From Acidimicrobiia bacterium (GTDB taxonomy: Bacteria; Actinomycetota; Acidimicrobiia; IMCC26256; BP-133), in contig DASYFF010000149.1 of assembly GCA_036498605.1 (NCBI GenBank), positions 1 to 54,020 on the forward strand: a stretch of 54,020 nucleotides of DNA. The letters run 5' to 3'. The notes under the pieces are model-generated. The model saw only the letters and a list, made by a program, of their open reading frames with translations, had not been told where the DNA came from and did no database searches. Made by a program: the position numbers and the translations under genes. Below, piece by piece: positions 1 through 8,406 of this stretch; the stretch's first letter is position 1, and the number at the start of each line of letters is the position of its first letter.

Positions 1-561
1 GCCCTCGTGTCCGGCGCCTTCGGGGACACGCTCCTGACCCGCCTCCTGGCCATCGTGGCCCTCGCCGCCGCGGTGGCCAGCCTGCGGGGCAGGGACGAGA
101 CCCACGCCGTCGCCGGCGAGGAGGGCGACGGCGATCTCGGCGAGCAGCGGGGGACGCTGTCAGGGACGTTCCGGGCCGACGGCGCGGTCCGCCGCTACCG
201 GGCCCGCAACCTCCCCGGCGGGCTGGCGGTGATGTCGGTGGCCGGTCTCGTGGCCGGCATCGCCGGCGCCAGCGGCGGGTTCATCAAGACGCCGGCCACC
301 AGCGAGATCATGCGGGTGCCGGTGAAGGTGGCCGCCTCGACCACCACCTTCACCGTCGGGATCACCTCGGCCGCCGCCCTCCTGGTGTTCGCCGCCCATG
401 GCCGGATCAACCTGGCCCACGCCGGGCCCGTCATCGCCGGCAGCCTCGTCGGCGGGCAGCTCGGCGCCCGTCTGCAGTCGGCGGTCGACTCGTCGGTCAT
501 CCGCCGCGCCCTGGCCGCCATCCTCGTCGTGGTGGCCGCCATCCTCTTCGTCCAGGCCTGA
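1..561 (+). CDS. TauE/SafE (DUF81) family anion exporter, C-terminal part; 5' end probably outside the window
   Basis: ORF track 7..561 (GTG at 7; frame open back to nt 1). Multi-TM protein with GGFIKTPATSEIM and LVGGQLGARL, typical of the second half of TauE/SafE permeases. 184 aa is short for the family. Confidence 0.6.
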   Translation, partial: ALVSGAFGDTLLTRLLAIVALAAAVASLRGRDETHAVAGEEGDGDLGEQRGTLSGTFRADGAVRRYRARNLPGGLAVMSVAGLVAGIAGASGGFIKTPATSEIMRVPVKVAASTTTFTVGITSAAALLVFAAHGRINLAHAGPVIAGSLVGGQLGARLQSAVDSSVIRRALAAILVVVAAILFVQA

Positions 562-567
562 AGGCCG

Positions 568-849
568 ATGACGGCGAAGCGGATCCGCTACGAGCGCATG
601 ATGTGGGCGCTGCGGGTGACGGCCCGGGTCACGTTCGTGGCCGCCCTGGCCGGCACGGTCCTGCCCGGGGACAACGGCCGCAAGGCCAGCGCGGTGGCCG
701 TCGGGCTCGTCATCGCCACGCCGTTGGTGCGGGTCGGCTGGCTGGCCTACCGCTGGTGGCGCTGGGGCGACCGCCGCTTCGCCTCGGTGGCGGCGTCGCT
801 GCTCCTCGTCGTGGGGACGGGGACGGCGATCGCCGTCCTCACCCGGTGA
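568..849 (+). CDS. small 3-TM membrane protein (possibly the DUF1634-type partner of TauE permeases)
   Basis: 93 aa, hydrophobic helices, almost every codon ends in G/C, starts 7 nt after the TauE stop. Family assignment is from memory and unverified. Confidence 0.45.
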   Translation: MTAKRIRYERMMWALRVTARVTFVAALAGTVLPGDNGRKASAVAVGLVIATPLVRVGWLAYRWWRWGDRRFASVAASLLLVVGTGTAIAVLTR

Positions 850-1216
850 TCTCAGCCGCCGCCGGTTCGCCCTCGGGCGCCGCTGCTTCGCCCTCGGGGG
901 CAGCGACCGCGGCGGGCGCCTGCCCGTCGCGGTAGTAGATGAACAGGTTGACGATCGTGTCCTCCACCTCGGGCTGGAGGGCCGACCACCGCTCGGCCGG
1001 CGCCACCACCGTCACGACGCTGGAGTAGATCGTGACGGCCGAGACGCCGAGGGCGAACAGGCGCCGGGCCAGCTCGTCGGGCGGCTTCGTGCCCGTCACC
1101 GGGTCGGCCTCCGTGTAGCGGTGCGTCTGCATCCCGGTGAGCGAGCGGTTGAGCTCGAAGTGCTTGACGTCGCTCCGCACGCCGGGGCGGACCGTGACGG
1201 TGATCGCCTGACCCAT
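839..1216 (-). CDS. hypothetical protein (Nfu/NifU-N-like fold suspected) with Ala/Pro/Glu repeat tail
   Basis: 125-aa ORF with high GC3. It converges on 568..849 with an 11-nt 3' overlap and has a C-terminal AAPEGEAAAPEGEPAAA tandem. Confidence 0.5.
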   Translation of the reverse strand: MGQAITVTVRPGVRSDVKHFELNRSLTGMQTHRYTEADPVTGTKPPDELARRLFALGVSAVTIYSSVVTVVAPAERWSALQPEVEDTIVNLFIYYRDGQAPAAVAAPEGEAAAPEGEPAAAEITG

Positions 1217-1249
1217 AATCTCAGCCTAGAGCGTCCGTAGACTGAACCC

Positions 1250-1969
1250 ATGACCCTGGAGCCGTCCTCCCCGCTCCCGCTCTACCACCAGCTCGAGCGG
1301 GTGCTGGCGGAACGGATCGCCGAAGGCCGCTACCGCGACGGCTTCCCCGGCGATCTGGAGCTGGCCGCCGAGTTCAGCGTCAGCCGGGGGACGGTCCGCC
1401 AGGCGCTCGACCGCCTGGCCCGCTCCGGGCTCATCGTCCGTCAGCAGGGCCGGGGGTCGTTCGTGGCCGCCCCGCTGGAGTACCCGCTCGGCCGCTTCTA
1501 CCGTTTCGCCCACGAGATGCACGTCCGGGGGATCCCGGAGTCGTCGCGGGTGCTGGCCCGGGGGACGGTCCGGGCGCCGGCCGGAGTAGCCGCGGCGCTG
1601 GGCCTGGCCCGGGGCGACCGGCTGCTGCGGGTCGTCCGGCTCCGCCTGGCCGGGGACCGGCCCCTCCTCCTGGAGACGTCGCACTTCCCCGACGACGCCG
1701 GCGCGCCGCTGCGCTTCGCCGATCTGTCGGAAGGGTCGCTCTACGACCTGCTCGAGACGGGCGGGCTGCGCCTGTCCCGGGTGACCGAGGAGGTCCACCC
1801 GGTGGCGCTGCGGGCCGAGGAGGCGGAGCGCTTCGGCCTTCCGGAAGGCGCCCCGGCCTTCGCCGTGGAGCGCCTGGCCCTCTCCGGCGAACGGCCCGTC
1901 GAGCACCGACTGGTCCTCGCCCCCGGCGACCGGGTCACGCTCACCGCCTCCTGGGGCAACCTCGGCTGA
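1250..1969 (+). CDS. GntR family transcriptional regulator, HutC subfamily (wHTH + UTRA-like effector domain)
   Basis: N-terminal LPLYHQLERVLAERIAEGRY...LELAAEFSVSRGTVRQALDRLARSGLIVRQQGRGSFV is the classic GntR wHTH. Its length and C-terminal half fit HutC/UTRA. Confidence 0.85.
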   Translation: MTLEPSSPLPLYHQLERVLAERIAEGRYRDGFPGDLELAAEFSVSRGTVRQALDRLARSGLIVRQQGRGSFVAAPLEYPLGRFYRFAHEMHVRGIPESSRVLARGTVRAPAGVAAALGLARGDRLLRVVRLRLAGDRPLLLETSHFPDDAGAPLRFADLSEGSLYDLLETGGLRLSRVTEEVHPVALRAEEAERFGLPEGAPAFAVERLALSGERPVEHRLVLAPGDRVTLTASWGNLG

Positions 1970-3084
1970 TGGCCGACGGTCGGGCGCCGCAGCCCCGCAG
2001 CGACGCCGACCTGCTGCGGTCCGTCTTCGTCATCCTCTTCGGCGTGCTGGTCTTCGCCATCGGCGTCGTGCTGGTCTGGAAGCTCCGCCGCATCGTGGCC
2101 CTGGTCGTGATCGCCGCCTTCTTCGCCATCATCCTCAACCCGATCGTCGACCTCGTCACCCGGCTGAAGATCCGGCGCAGCCTGGCCACGACGATCGTGT
2201 TCCTGCTGGGCGTGGCGGCCTTCGCCGGGATGATCTACACCTTCGTCCGCCCCATCTATGACGCCGGGCAGGACTTCGCCCGTGACATCCCGGGCTTCGT
2301 CGACCGGGCCCAGCACGGCCAGGGCCGCGTCGGAGAGCTGATCAAGCGGTTCGACCTCGAGGAGAAGGTCCGGGAGAACGCCCCCAAGCTCCAGGAGGCG
2401 CTCAAGAACGCCGGGGGGCCGGCCGTCCACGCCGCCCAGCGGGTGGCGTCGGGCCTGCTGGCGCTGCTCACGATCCTGGTGCTGACGTTCATGATGCTGC
2501 TGGAGGCGCCGGCCATCATCAGCTCGTTCCTGTCGCTGCTCTCACCGGAACGGGCCGAGCAGACCCGCCGCATCGGCCAGGACGCCGCCCGGGCCGTCAC
2601 CGGTTACATGGCCGGCAACCTGCTGATCTCGGTCATCGCCGGGCTCGTGACGTGGATCTTCCTGACCATCGTCGGCGTCCCCTTCGCCGGCATCCTGGGC
2701 CTGTGGGTGGGCTTCGCCGACCTCCTGCCCCTGGTCGGCGCCACGATAGGAGCGATCCCGACCATCGGCATCGCATTCCTGGACTCCACCGGCGCCGGCA
2801 TCGCCGTCGTGGTCATGTACATCGTCTACCAGCAGCTGGAGAACCACCTCCTCCAGCCGGTGGTGATGAGCCGCACTGTCCACCTGAACCCATTGGGCGT
2901 GCTGCTGTCGGTTCTCGTCGGCGTGGAGCTGGCCGGCTTCGTCGGGGCCCTGCTGGCCATCCCCGCCGCCGGGGCCATCCAGGTCGTGATCCGCGACCTG
3001 TGGGACGACCGCCAGCAGCGCCTCAAGGCCGTCCCCACCGTCGGTGTCGACGAGACCCCCATCGCCGGCGTCGGCTCTGAGTAG
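1969..3084 (+). CDS. AI-2E family transporter (PerM-like permease)
   Basis: 371 aa, multi-TM, with the conserved DLLPLVGATIGAIP segment. Its ATG overlaps the gntR stop by 1 nt (TGATG). Confidence 0.85.
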   Translation: MADGRAPQPRSDADLLRSVFVILFGVLVFAIGVVLVWKLRRIVALVVIAAFFAIILNPIVDLVTRLKIRRSLATTIVFLLGVAAFAGMIYTFVRPIYDAGQDFARDIPGFVDRAQHGQGRVGELIKRFDLEEKVRENAPKLQEALKNAGGPAVHAAQRVASGLLALLTILVLTFMMLLEAPAIISSFLSLLSPERAEQTRRIGQDAARAVTGYMAGNLLISVIAGLVTWIFLTIVGVPFAGILGLWVGFADLLPLVGATIGAIPTIGIAFLDSTGAGIAVVVMYIVYQQLENHLLQPVVMSRTVHLNPLGVLLSVLVGVELAGFVGALLAIPAAGAIQVVIRDLWDDRQQRLKAVPTVGVDETPIAGVGSE

Positions 3085-3096
3085 CCTGGCGGGACC

Positions 3097-4317
3097 ATGA
3101 GCGCCACCGACGTCGTCGAGGTCTCCGGCCACATCATCGACTCGCTGATCCTGGCCAAGATCCTCGACGAGATCATCGAGGCCGAGGCCGACTACCGCAT
3201 CGTCCAGATGGACGTGGGCAAGGCCCCCGCCGACCTGTCCCGGGCCCGCATCGAGGTGACGGCGGCCAACGAGGAGTCCCTCGCCGCGCTGCTGTCCCGC
3301 CTCCATCCCCACGGCGCCCACCCCGTCACCCAGCCCGACGCCGAGCTCGTCGCCGCCACCATGGACGGCGTGCTCCCGGCCGGGTTCTACTCCACCACCA
3401 ACCTGCCGACGGCGGTCAAGGTCGACGGCAAATGGCTGGAGGTCGACAACCCCGAGATGGACTGCGGCCTCGCCGTGTCGGCCGACCGCGCCCGGGCCCG
3501 CACCGCCCCCATGCACACGGTGTGCATGGGCGACCTCGTGGTGTGCGGCTCGGAGGGGGTGCGCGTGCGGCCCCTGGAGCGCCCGGCGGGGCGCAGCCCG
3601 TTCGAGTTCATGGCTTCCGAAGTGTCCTCCGAGAAACCGAAGGCTCTCCTGGTGGCCGAGGTGGCGGAGCGGATCCGCCGGGCCCGGGCCGGCGGCGGGA
3701 GGCTCCTGGCCGTGTGCGGCCCGGCCGTCATCCACACCGGGGCCGGGCCCGACGTGGCCACGCTGGTCCGGGAGGGGTTCATCGACGTCCTCTTCGCCGG
3801 CAACGGGTTCGCCACCCACGACATCGAGTCGAACATCCTCGGCACGTCGCTCGGCGTCTCGGTCCGGGAGGGCACCGGCGTCGAGGGCGGTCACGCCAAC
3901 CATCTGCGGGTGATCAACGAGGTGCGGCGCTGGGGGTCGATCCGGGCCGGCGTGGAGCGGGGCCTGCTCAAGTCGGGTGTCATGTACGAGTGCGTCACCC
4001 ACGACGTGCCCTTCGTGCTGGCCGGGTCGATCCGCGACGACGGGCCGCTGCCCGACACCATCACCGACATCGTCTCCGCCCAGGACGCCATGCGGGCCTA
4101 CGTCGGCGACGTCACCGTGGCCATGATGCTGGCTTCGACGCTGCACGCCATCGCCGTCGGCAACATGCTCCCGGCCGGTGTCGAGACCTACTGCGTCGAC
4201 ATCAACCAGGCGGTGGTCACCAAGCTGGCCGACCGGGGCAGCCACCAGGCGCTGGGCATCGTCACCGACGTCGGCCTGTTCATCCGCGACCTGGCGGAGC
4301 ACCTCGCCCGTGACTGA
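3097..4317 (+). CDS. LOR/SDH conserved-region (TIGR00300-type) protein, candidate ornithine cyclodeaminase-like enzyme
   Basis: N-terminal VEVSGHIIDSLILAKILDEIIE matches my memory of the LOR/SDH bifunctional-enzyme conserved region. 406 aa, directly coupled to the downstream amidinotransferase-fold gene. Confidence 0.65.
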   Translation: MSATDVVEVSGHIIDSLILAKILDEIIEAEADYRIVQMDVGKAPADLSRARIEVTAANEESLAALLSRLHPHGAHPVTQPDAELVAATMDGVLPAGFYSTTNLPTAVKVDGKWLEVDNPEMDCGLAVSADRARARTAPMHTVCMGDLVVCGSEGVRVRPLERPAGRSPFEFMASEVSSEKPKALLVAEVAERIRRARAGGGRLLAVCGPAVIHTGAGPDVATLVREGFIDVLFAGNGFATHDIESNILGTSLGVSVREGTGVEGGHANHLRVINEVRRWGSIRAGVERGLLKSGVMYECVTHDVPFVLAGSIRDDGPLPDTITDIVSAQDAMRAYVGDVTVAMMLASTLHAIAVGNMLPAGVETYCVDINQAVVTKLADRGSHQALGIVTDVGLFIRDLAEHLARD

Positions 4318-5167
4318 CGCGGCGCCCGTTCCCAACGACTGGGGTCACCGCTACCTCGTGTGCCCGCCGAGCCACTTCGGCGTGCTGTACGAGATCAACC
4401 CCTGGATGCACAAGGAGATCCGGGTCGACGTCGACCTTGCCCACCGGCAATGGCACGACATGGTGGCCAACCTCAAGGCGGCCGGCGCCGAGATCGAGGA
4501 GATGCCGCCGGTGGCCGGGTTGCCCGATCTCGTCTTCACCGCCAACGCCGGTCTGGTGGACGGGCCCCGCTTCGTGGTCAGCCGCTTCCGCCACCAGGAG
4601 CGCCGCGGCGAGGCGAAGCACGACGCCGAATGGTTCGCCACCAAGGGGTTCGAGGTGCTGGAGATCCGGGCCGATCCCGAGATCTGCTTCGAGGGCGCCG
4701 GCGACGCGCTCCCCTTCGGGCGCAGCCTCCTGGCCGGCTACCGGTTCCGGTCCGACTTCAAGGCCCACAGCCTGCTGGCCGAGCTGCTGTCGATCCCGGT
4801 GCTGTCGGTGGAGCTGGTCGACGCCCGCTTCTACCACGTCGACCTGACGTTCTGTCCGCTCGATTCCCGGCGGGCGATCGTGAATCCCCACGCCTGGGAC
4901 CGTTACGGCCGTACGGTGGTGGAACGGCTGGTGCCGGAGCCGCTGGTGCTCGAGCTCGACGAGGCCCTGACGTTCTGCGCCAATTCGGTTGTTATCGGCA
5001 CGAACATGGTCATGCCGGCCTGCCCGCCCCGGGTCGGGCGCATCCTGGAGGGCTGGGGTTTCGACGTCTGCGTCTCGCCGGTGACAGAGTTCATGAAGGC
5101 CGGGGGCGGGGTCCGCTGCCTGACTTTGGCGCTCGACGCCCGCCTGGGACGCAATTCATCCTCCTAG
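4310..5167 (+). CDS. guanidino-group modifying enzyme (amidinotransferase / arginine dihydrolase-like)
   Basis: Start refined to the in-frame GTG at 4310, an 8-nt overlap with the upstream stop at 4315-4317. RYLVCPPSHFGVLYEINPWM, FYHVDLTFCP and C-terminal GGGVRCLTL are the His and Cys-nucleophile signatures of this superfamily. Confidence 0.75.
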   Translation: MTDAAPVPNDWGHRYLVCPPSHFGVLYEINPWMHKEIRVDVDLAHRQWHDMVANLKAAGAEIEEMPPVAGLPDLVFTANAGLVDGPRFVVSRFRHQERRGEAKHDAEWFATKGFEVLEIRADPEICFEGAGDALPFGRSLLAGYRFRSDFKAHSLLAELLSIPVLSVELVDARFYHVDLTFCPLDSRRAIVNPHAWDRYGRTVVERLVPEPLVLELDEALTFCANSVVIGTNMVMPACPPRVGRILEGWGFDVCVSPVTEFMKAGGGVRCLTLALDARLGRNSSS

Positions 5168-5289
5168 CTGCAAATCGCGCTCAACTCCGGGCGATTTCTG
5201 CCGATACCTGGGACAAGGACCCGGAGAAGGACCGACGCCACGGGACGTCGAAGCATCTGGTGTCCATGCGCCGAGGAGGGTGCATCGCG

Positions 5290-5508
5290 ATGGCATCGGC
5301 CCGCAGTCAAGCGAGATCGAACCTGCCTCGCCAGGACGCCGAGGCCCTGGCCGAGGAGGACGCGGCCAAAGCCGCCGACGCCGCGGCGACAAAGGCCCCC
5401 GCCCGCAACGAGGTTGCCGAGGACGCCGACGAGCTCCTCGACGAGATCGACGCGCTCCTCGAGGAGCAGAGCGTCCTCACCAACTTCCGGCAGAAGGGCG
5501 GGCAGTGA
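5290..5508 (+). CDS. pup: prokaryotic ubiquitin-like protein Pup
   Basis: 72 aa ending DADELLDEIDALLEEQSVLTNFRQKGGQ (Pup helix plus C-terminal GGQ). The N-terminus looks disordered and acidic. SD GAGGAGGG lies about 9 nt upstream of the ATG. Confidence 0.85.
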   Translation: MASARSQARSNLPRQDAEALAEEDAAKAADAAATKAPARNEVAEDADELLDEIDALLEEQSVLTNFRQKGGQ

Positions 5509-5573
5509 ACTATCTGAGCCCTTCCTCTGACGGCGGAATCAATCTGCAGGCCACACTGTCGGCGTCGAGTGCC

Positions 5574-5759
5574 ATGAGCACTCCCGACGGCGCGCCGCTC
5601 CCGCACCACCCGATCACCTGCACCAGCAGCCTGTCCTTCGACGAGGACGGCTCGTTCGGCTGCGAGCACGTCGAAGTGCCGCCGGGTGACATCCGCACGC
5701 AGTACTGCATCGACCACAGCATCGCCCTGCTGCTCATCGAGCTGTCCCGCGCCCTGTAG
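5574..5759 (+). CDS. candidate unannotated 61-aa Cys/His-containing small protein
   Basis: MSTPDGAPLPHHPITCTSSLSFDEDGSFGCEHVEVPPGDIRTQYCIDHSIALLLIELSRAL. Only 3 of 61 codons end in A/T, versus 7 of 23 in the in-frame stretch just upstream (5505-5573). No clear SD. The wobble-sharing antisense ORF is Ser/Trp/Cys-rich and looks artefactual. Confidence 0.4.
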   Translation: MSTPDGAPLPHHPITCTSSLSFDEDGSFGCEHVEVPPGDIRTQYCIDHSIALLLIELSRAL

Positions 5760-5825
5760 CGGCCAAACTGTCAGACCCTCCCGTTAGGGTTCCGGGGTAG
5801 CCGTCGAGGTCGCCCCGGCTCCGGG

Positions 5826-5858
5826 CCCTCCCACGAGATCCGTTCCTCATCGGGAGGG
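5826..5858 (+). promoter_or_regulatory. hairpin pairing CCCTCCC (5826-5832) with the comM Shine-Dalgarno GGGAGGG (5852-5858)
   Basis: Perfect 7-bp complementarity with a 19-nt loop. The 3' arm is the only SD-like element, 4 nt upstream of ATG 5863. Confidence 0.3.
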
Positions 5859-5862
5859 CCAC

Positions 5863-7371
5863 ATGCTGGCTTCCGTGCGCAGCGCGATGTTGTTCGGCGT
5901 CGAAGGTCTCATCGTCGACGTCGAGGTCCACGTCTCGACCGGGCTGCCGTCGTACACCGTCGTCGGCCTGCCCGACGCCGCCGTCCGTGAATCACGTGAC
6001 CGGGTCCGGGCCGCGCTCCTGTCCTCCGGTCTGTCCTGGCCGCTGCGGCGCGTCACCGTCAACCTCGCCCCGAGCGGAGTCCGCAAGTCCGGGCCCGGCC
6101 TCGACCTCCCCTTCGCCCTCGGCCTGATGATGGCCGGCGAGGAGCTGCCCGCCGGCGTCCTCGACGGCGTCGCCGTCATCGGCGAACTCGGCCTCGACGG
6201 CTCCCTCCGCCCCATCCCCGGCGTCCTGGCCATGGTCGACGCCCTCCGCCGCTCGGGCACCTCCGCCGTCGTCGTCCCGGCCGGCAACGCGGCCGAGGCT
6301 GGCCTCGCTGCAGGGATCCGGGTCCTCCCGGCCACTTCTCTGACCCAGGCCCGAGACGCCCTGAAGGGTGAAGGCGACTGGGCCAGTGTCGATGTGTCGC
6401 AGGTCGCCGATGGTGACCAGACCGATGGCGACGACGACGTCGGGCCCGACCTCGCCGTGGTCCGGGGCCTGGCCACCGGTCGCCGGGCGCTCGAGGTGGC
6501 GGCGGCCGGGGGCCATCACCTCCTGATGGTCGGGCGGCCGGGCGCCGGGAAGACGTTGCTGGCCCAGTGCCTGCCGTCGATCCTCCCCCCGCTCGACACC
6601 GAGGATGCGCTCGAGGTCACCAGGATCCACTCGGCGGCCGGGCGCCCGATCCGGGGCCGTCTCGTGGTCGAGCGCCCGTTTCGCGCTCCTCACCACACGG
6701 CCTCGGCCGCCGCACTCGTCGGCGGTGGCAGCGGCCGCCCCCGTCTCGGGGAGGTGACCCTGGCCCATCGCGGGATCCTGTTCATGGACGAACTGGCCGA
6801 ATTCGCCCCAACCGTGCTCGATGCGTTGCGCCAGCCCCTGGAGGACCGTGTGGTGCGGATCTCCCGCCAGGGTGGGGCCGTCACCTTTCCGGCCGACTTC
6901 CTGCTCGTCGCGGCGTCGAATCCCTGTCCCTGCGGGCTCGGGCCGCCCGAGTGCCTGTGCTCCGATGCGAACCGGGCCCGGTACCGGCGCCGGCTCTCGG
7001 CTCCGCTCGTCGACCGGTTCGACCTCCGGGTGGCACTCGGAGCGGCGGCACCCGGTGCGCCCCTCGGCGTCGGATCAGCGATCGTGCGGGCCCGCGTGAC
7101 GGACGCGATGGCCCGGCAGCGGTCCCGCTACCGCGACCGTCCCTGGCGTCGCAACGCCCGGGTCCCAGCCGGAGCGCTCGCCAGGGCGATTCCGCTCACC
7201 CCCGCCGCCACCGCCGCATTGCGGGAGGTGGCCGAACGGCGCAGCTGGAGCGGGCGCGGCATGGCCGGGGTGCACCGCGTCGCCCGGACCCTGGCCGATC
7301 TCGACGGATCGGCCGACGTCACGGCCGAGCACATCCTGCTGGCCGCCGGGATGAGGGAGGAGGTTCTGTGA
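5863..7371 (+). CDS. comM: YifB/ComM family Mg-chelatase-like AAA+ ATPase
   Basis: N-terminal MLFGVEGLIVDVEVHVSTGLPSYTVVGLPDAAVRESRDRVRAAL, Walker A GRPGAGKT, GILFMDELAEF, and a C-terminal chelatase-subunit-like helix. Confidence 0.9.
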   Translation: MLASVRSAMLFGVEGLIVDVEVHVSTGLPSYTVVGLPDAAVRESRDRVRAALLSSGLSWPLRRVTVNLAPSGVRKSGPGLDLPFALGLMMAGEELPAGVLDGVAVIGELGLDGSLRPIPGVLAMVDALRRSGTSAVVVPAGNAAEAGLAAGIRVLPATSLTQARDALKGEGDWASVDVSQVADGDQTDGDDDVGPDLAVVRGLATGRRALEVAAAGGHHLLMVGRPGAGKTLLAQCLPSILPPLDTEDALEVTRIHSAAGRPIRGRLVVERPFRAPHHTASAAALVGGGSGRPRLGEVTLAHRGILFMDELAEFAPTVLDALRQPLEDRVVRISRQGGAVTFPADFLLVAASNPCPCGLGPPECLCSDANRARYRRRLSAPLVDRFDLRVALGAAAPGAPLGVGSAIVRARVTDAMARQRSRYRDRPWRRNARVPAGALARAIPLTPAATAALREVAERRSWSGRGMAGVHRVARTLADLDGSADVTAEHILLAAGMREEVL

Positions 7372-8366
7372 CGGCGGGTCCGGCGGCCTTCGCCCGGATG
7401 CCGGGTGTGCGGACCGCAGACGCAGAGGCGATGGCGGTCCGGGCCGCGCAGCGGGGCACGATCGTCATGACGGCGCAGGATCCGGCCTTCCCAATCGCCG
7501 ACGGCGTCCCGCACGCCCCGCCGGTCCTGCTCGTGGAAGGGGACCGGCCCGAGGTCCTTCGAGCACCCCGGGTGGCGGTCGTCGGGACGAGGGCGGCGTC
7601 CGTCCATGGGCTGGCCGATGCCTGGGAGCTCGGGGCCTTCCTTGGCGCGGCGGGGGTTTCGGTCGTCTCTGGCCTGGCGATCGGCATCGACGGGGCGGTC
7701 CACCATGGAGCGCTGCAGGCGGCGGAGGCCGCTCAGGAGCGGGGCGGCACCGGCCCTGCGGCCGGTGCGGGGCCGATCGGGGTCGTCGCCACCGGGCTCG
7801 ACATCATCTATCCCCGGCGGCACCGGGCCTTGTTCGAACGGGTGCGGCGCTACGGGGTGCTCGTCGGTGAGCAGCCCTTCGGCACCCCGCCGGAGCGGGG
7901 ACGGTTCCCGGTCCGCAACAGGATCATCGCCGCCCTGGCCGACGTCGTCGTCGTGGTCGAGGCGACCCTCAGCGGCGGGTCGCGGATCACCGCCGACCGG
8001 GCGCTCGACTACGGGCGGCCCGTCCTGGCCGTGCCTGGCTCCCGGCGTAACCCCGCCGCCGCCGGCTGCAACGCCCTCCTCGCCGACGGGGCCCAGCCCC
8101 TGCTCGATCCGTCCGACGTGCTCGTGGCTCTCGGTCTCACACCCGGAGGGCAACGCCTCTGGAGGACGGCGCCCGCCCCGGGGAACCGCCCGGAGCCGAG
8201 CCGCAACGCCGCCGCCGTCGTCAAGGCCCTGGCCGGCGAAGCGGCCCATCCCGACCAACTGGCCAGCCGCACCGGCCTCGACCCCGGCCAGGTCGCCCTC
8301 GCCGTCGAAGAACTCGTCGCCTTCGGCCGCGCCACCCGCGACCGTGGCTTTGTCTGGCCGAGATGA
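7368..8366 (+). CDS. dprA: DNA-processing protein DprA
   Basis: GTG at 7368 overlaps the comM stop (GTGA). Motifs VAVVGTRAAS, SGLAIGIDGAVHHGAL, FPVRNRIIAAL and GGSRITADRALDYGRPVLAVPG are typical of DprA. Confidence 0.9.
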   Translation: MTAGPAAFARMPGVRTADAEAMAVRAAQRGTIVMTAQDPAFPIADGVPHAPPVLLVEGDRPEVLRAPRVAVVGTRAASVHGLADAWELGAFLGAAGVSVVSGLAIGIDGAVHHGALQAAEAAQERGGTGPAAGAGPIGVVATGLDIIYPRRHRALFERVRRYGVLVGEQPFGTPPERGRFPVRNRIIAALADVVVVVEATLSGGSRITADRALDYGRPVLAVPGSRRNPAAAGCNALLADGAQPLLDPSDVLVALGLTPGGQRLWRTAPAPGNRPEPSRNAAAVVKALAGEAAHPDQLASRTGLDPGQVALAVEELVAFGRATRDRGFVWPR

Positions 8367-8406
8367 GCCCGAGGTGTTGATACCCTTCCAGACGGAGGTC
8401 TTGGCC

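Noticed and set aside
1217-1249. GTC-N4-GAC (GTCCGTAGAC) in the 33-bp divergent region before gntR, considered as a HutC-type operator.
   Set aside because: Only the outer 3 bp of each arm are complementary, which is too weak to call without comparative data.
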